A program made the position numbers and the translations under genes. The notes below the pieces were generated by a model that was not told the DNA's origin, made no database searches, and saw only the letters and a program-made list of their open reading frames with translations. DNA of 64,000 bases from an uncultured Chroococcidiopsis sp. (GTDB lineage: Bacteria; Cyanobacteriota; Cyanobacteriia; Cyanobacteriales; Chroococcidiopsidaceae), in contig CAXTYC010000006.1 of assembly GCA_964248365.1 (NCBI GenBank), positions 107,014 to 171,013 of the forward strand, read 5' to 3'. Positions 63,187-64,000 of the stretch are shown piece after piece (position 1 is the first letter of the stretch; each line of letters begins with the position of its first letter).

Positions 63187-63281
63187 GATTTTAGATTTGT
63201 TTCGCGCAAAGCCGCATAGACGCGCAGCGGCTTCTCGCAGAGTAGTCGCAAAGAAGAGAAGAGGAGGCAAGTTAAAGTAAT

Positions 63282-64000
63282 ATGCCTATGGTTTTTGATA
63301 TTTATCCTTTGTGGATATCTCTTAAAACTGCCTCAATTGCTACACTGATTACTTTCTTTTTGGGCATTGTAGCTGCTTATTGGATGTTGGGATATCGAGG
63401 TAAGTGGAAGTCACTTATTGAGGGAATTTTTATCTCACCTCTAATTTTACCACCAACAGTGGTTGGGTTTTTATTATTACTTCTGTTTGGGAAAAATGGT
63501 GTATTTGGACAATTATTACAGTCACTAAATATTAGCATTGTATTTACCTGGTACGCTGCTGTCATCACGGCTACAGTTGTGGCTTTTCCATTGATGTATA
63601 AAACAGCTTTGGGAGCATTTGAACAAATTGATGCAAATTTGTTAGGAGTAGCTAGAACTCTTGGTGCTTCCGAATGGTCAATTTTTTGGCGAATTAGTTT
63701 ACCTCTAGCTAGCAAAGGAATTATCGCGGGAACGACGCTGGCTTTTGCCCGTGCTTTGGGTGAATTTGGTGCAACTTTGATGTTAGCTGGTAATATTCCA
63801 GGGCAAACCCAAACAATTCCAATGGCGATTTACTTTGCAGTGGAAGCGGGGGCGATGGATGAAGCCTGGGTTTGGGTGCTGGTAATTATGGGTATTTCTT
63901 TATTTGCGATCGCAATGGTGAATTTCTGGCAAGACAGAGGGGATGCAGTTACCAGTTACCAGTTACCAGTTACCAGTTACCAGTTACCAGTTACCAGTTA
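63282..64000 (+). CDS. modB: Molybdate ABC transporter permease (runs off the window; possibly a ModB-ModC fusion)
   Basis: Manual translation: PLWISLKTA, PLILPPTVVGF, AFARALGEFGATLMLAGNIPGQTQTIP; no stop before the window end. Confidence 0.92.
   Translation, partial: MPMVFDIYPLWISLKTASIATLITFFLGIVAAYWMLGYRGKWKSLIEGIFISPLILPPTVVGFLLLLLFGKNGVFGQLLQSLNISIVFTWYAAVITATVVAFPLMYKTALGAFEQIDANLLGVARTLGASEWSIFWRISLPLASKGIIAGTTLAFARALGEFGATLMLAGNIPGQTQTIPMAIYFAVEAGAMDEAWVWVLVIMGISLFAIAMVNFWQDRGDAVTSYQLPVTSYQLPVTS
63946..64000. repeat. (CAGTTAC)n heptamer STRR inside the modB reading frame
   Basis: About 8 perfect copies up to the window edge. Confidence 0.95.

Noticed and set aside
63377..63715. 112-aa minus-strand ORF and other short antisense or nested ORFs in the track
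   Set aside because: Shadows of well-supported genes (here modB) with no recognisable motifs.
1..64000. Very frequent GCGATCGC octamer as a novel signal
   Set aside because: It is the well-known cyanobacterial HIP1; used only as a marker of native versus acquired DNA.

Overview
This is a cyanobacterial chromosomal window, judged from the dense HIP1 GCGATCGC octamers, heptameric STRR tracts and photosystem genes; the repeat content resembles Chroococcidiopsidales/Nostocales. Most of it is core genes: psb34-like, urtE, trpE, psaD, thrS, thrB, ndhD, lepB, aat, rpsN, nth, rseP, serS, pex, psbI (missed by the ORF track), ccb1, pepP, tRNA-Val(CAC), modA and modB. It also holds several two-component/c-di-GMP genes, a carbohydrate cluster (GT4, amylo-alpha-1,6-glucosidase, GH65-beta-phosphoglucomutase fusion), a GH38 mannosidase and a secreted tyrosinase. 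The most unusual element is an AT-rich, HIP1-poor block of about 4.7 kb directly downstream of tRNA-Val. It encodes an unknown protein and a large divergent SF2 helicase. Reading frames around 58630-58690 suggest an internal deletion that cut the 3' end of gene 1 and the start of the helicase, so this looks like a damaged copy of an uncharacterised helicase-based (probably defence) system. Small repeats (GTAG-type palindromes, STRRs, MITE-like elements) are abundant, and many sit in frame inside protein loops. All calls come from motif recognition by eye; no database searches were run.
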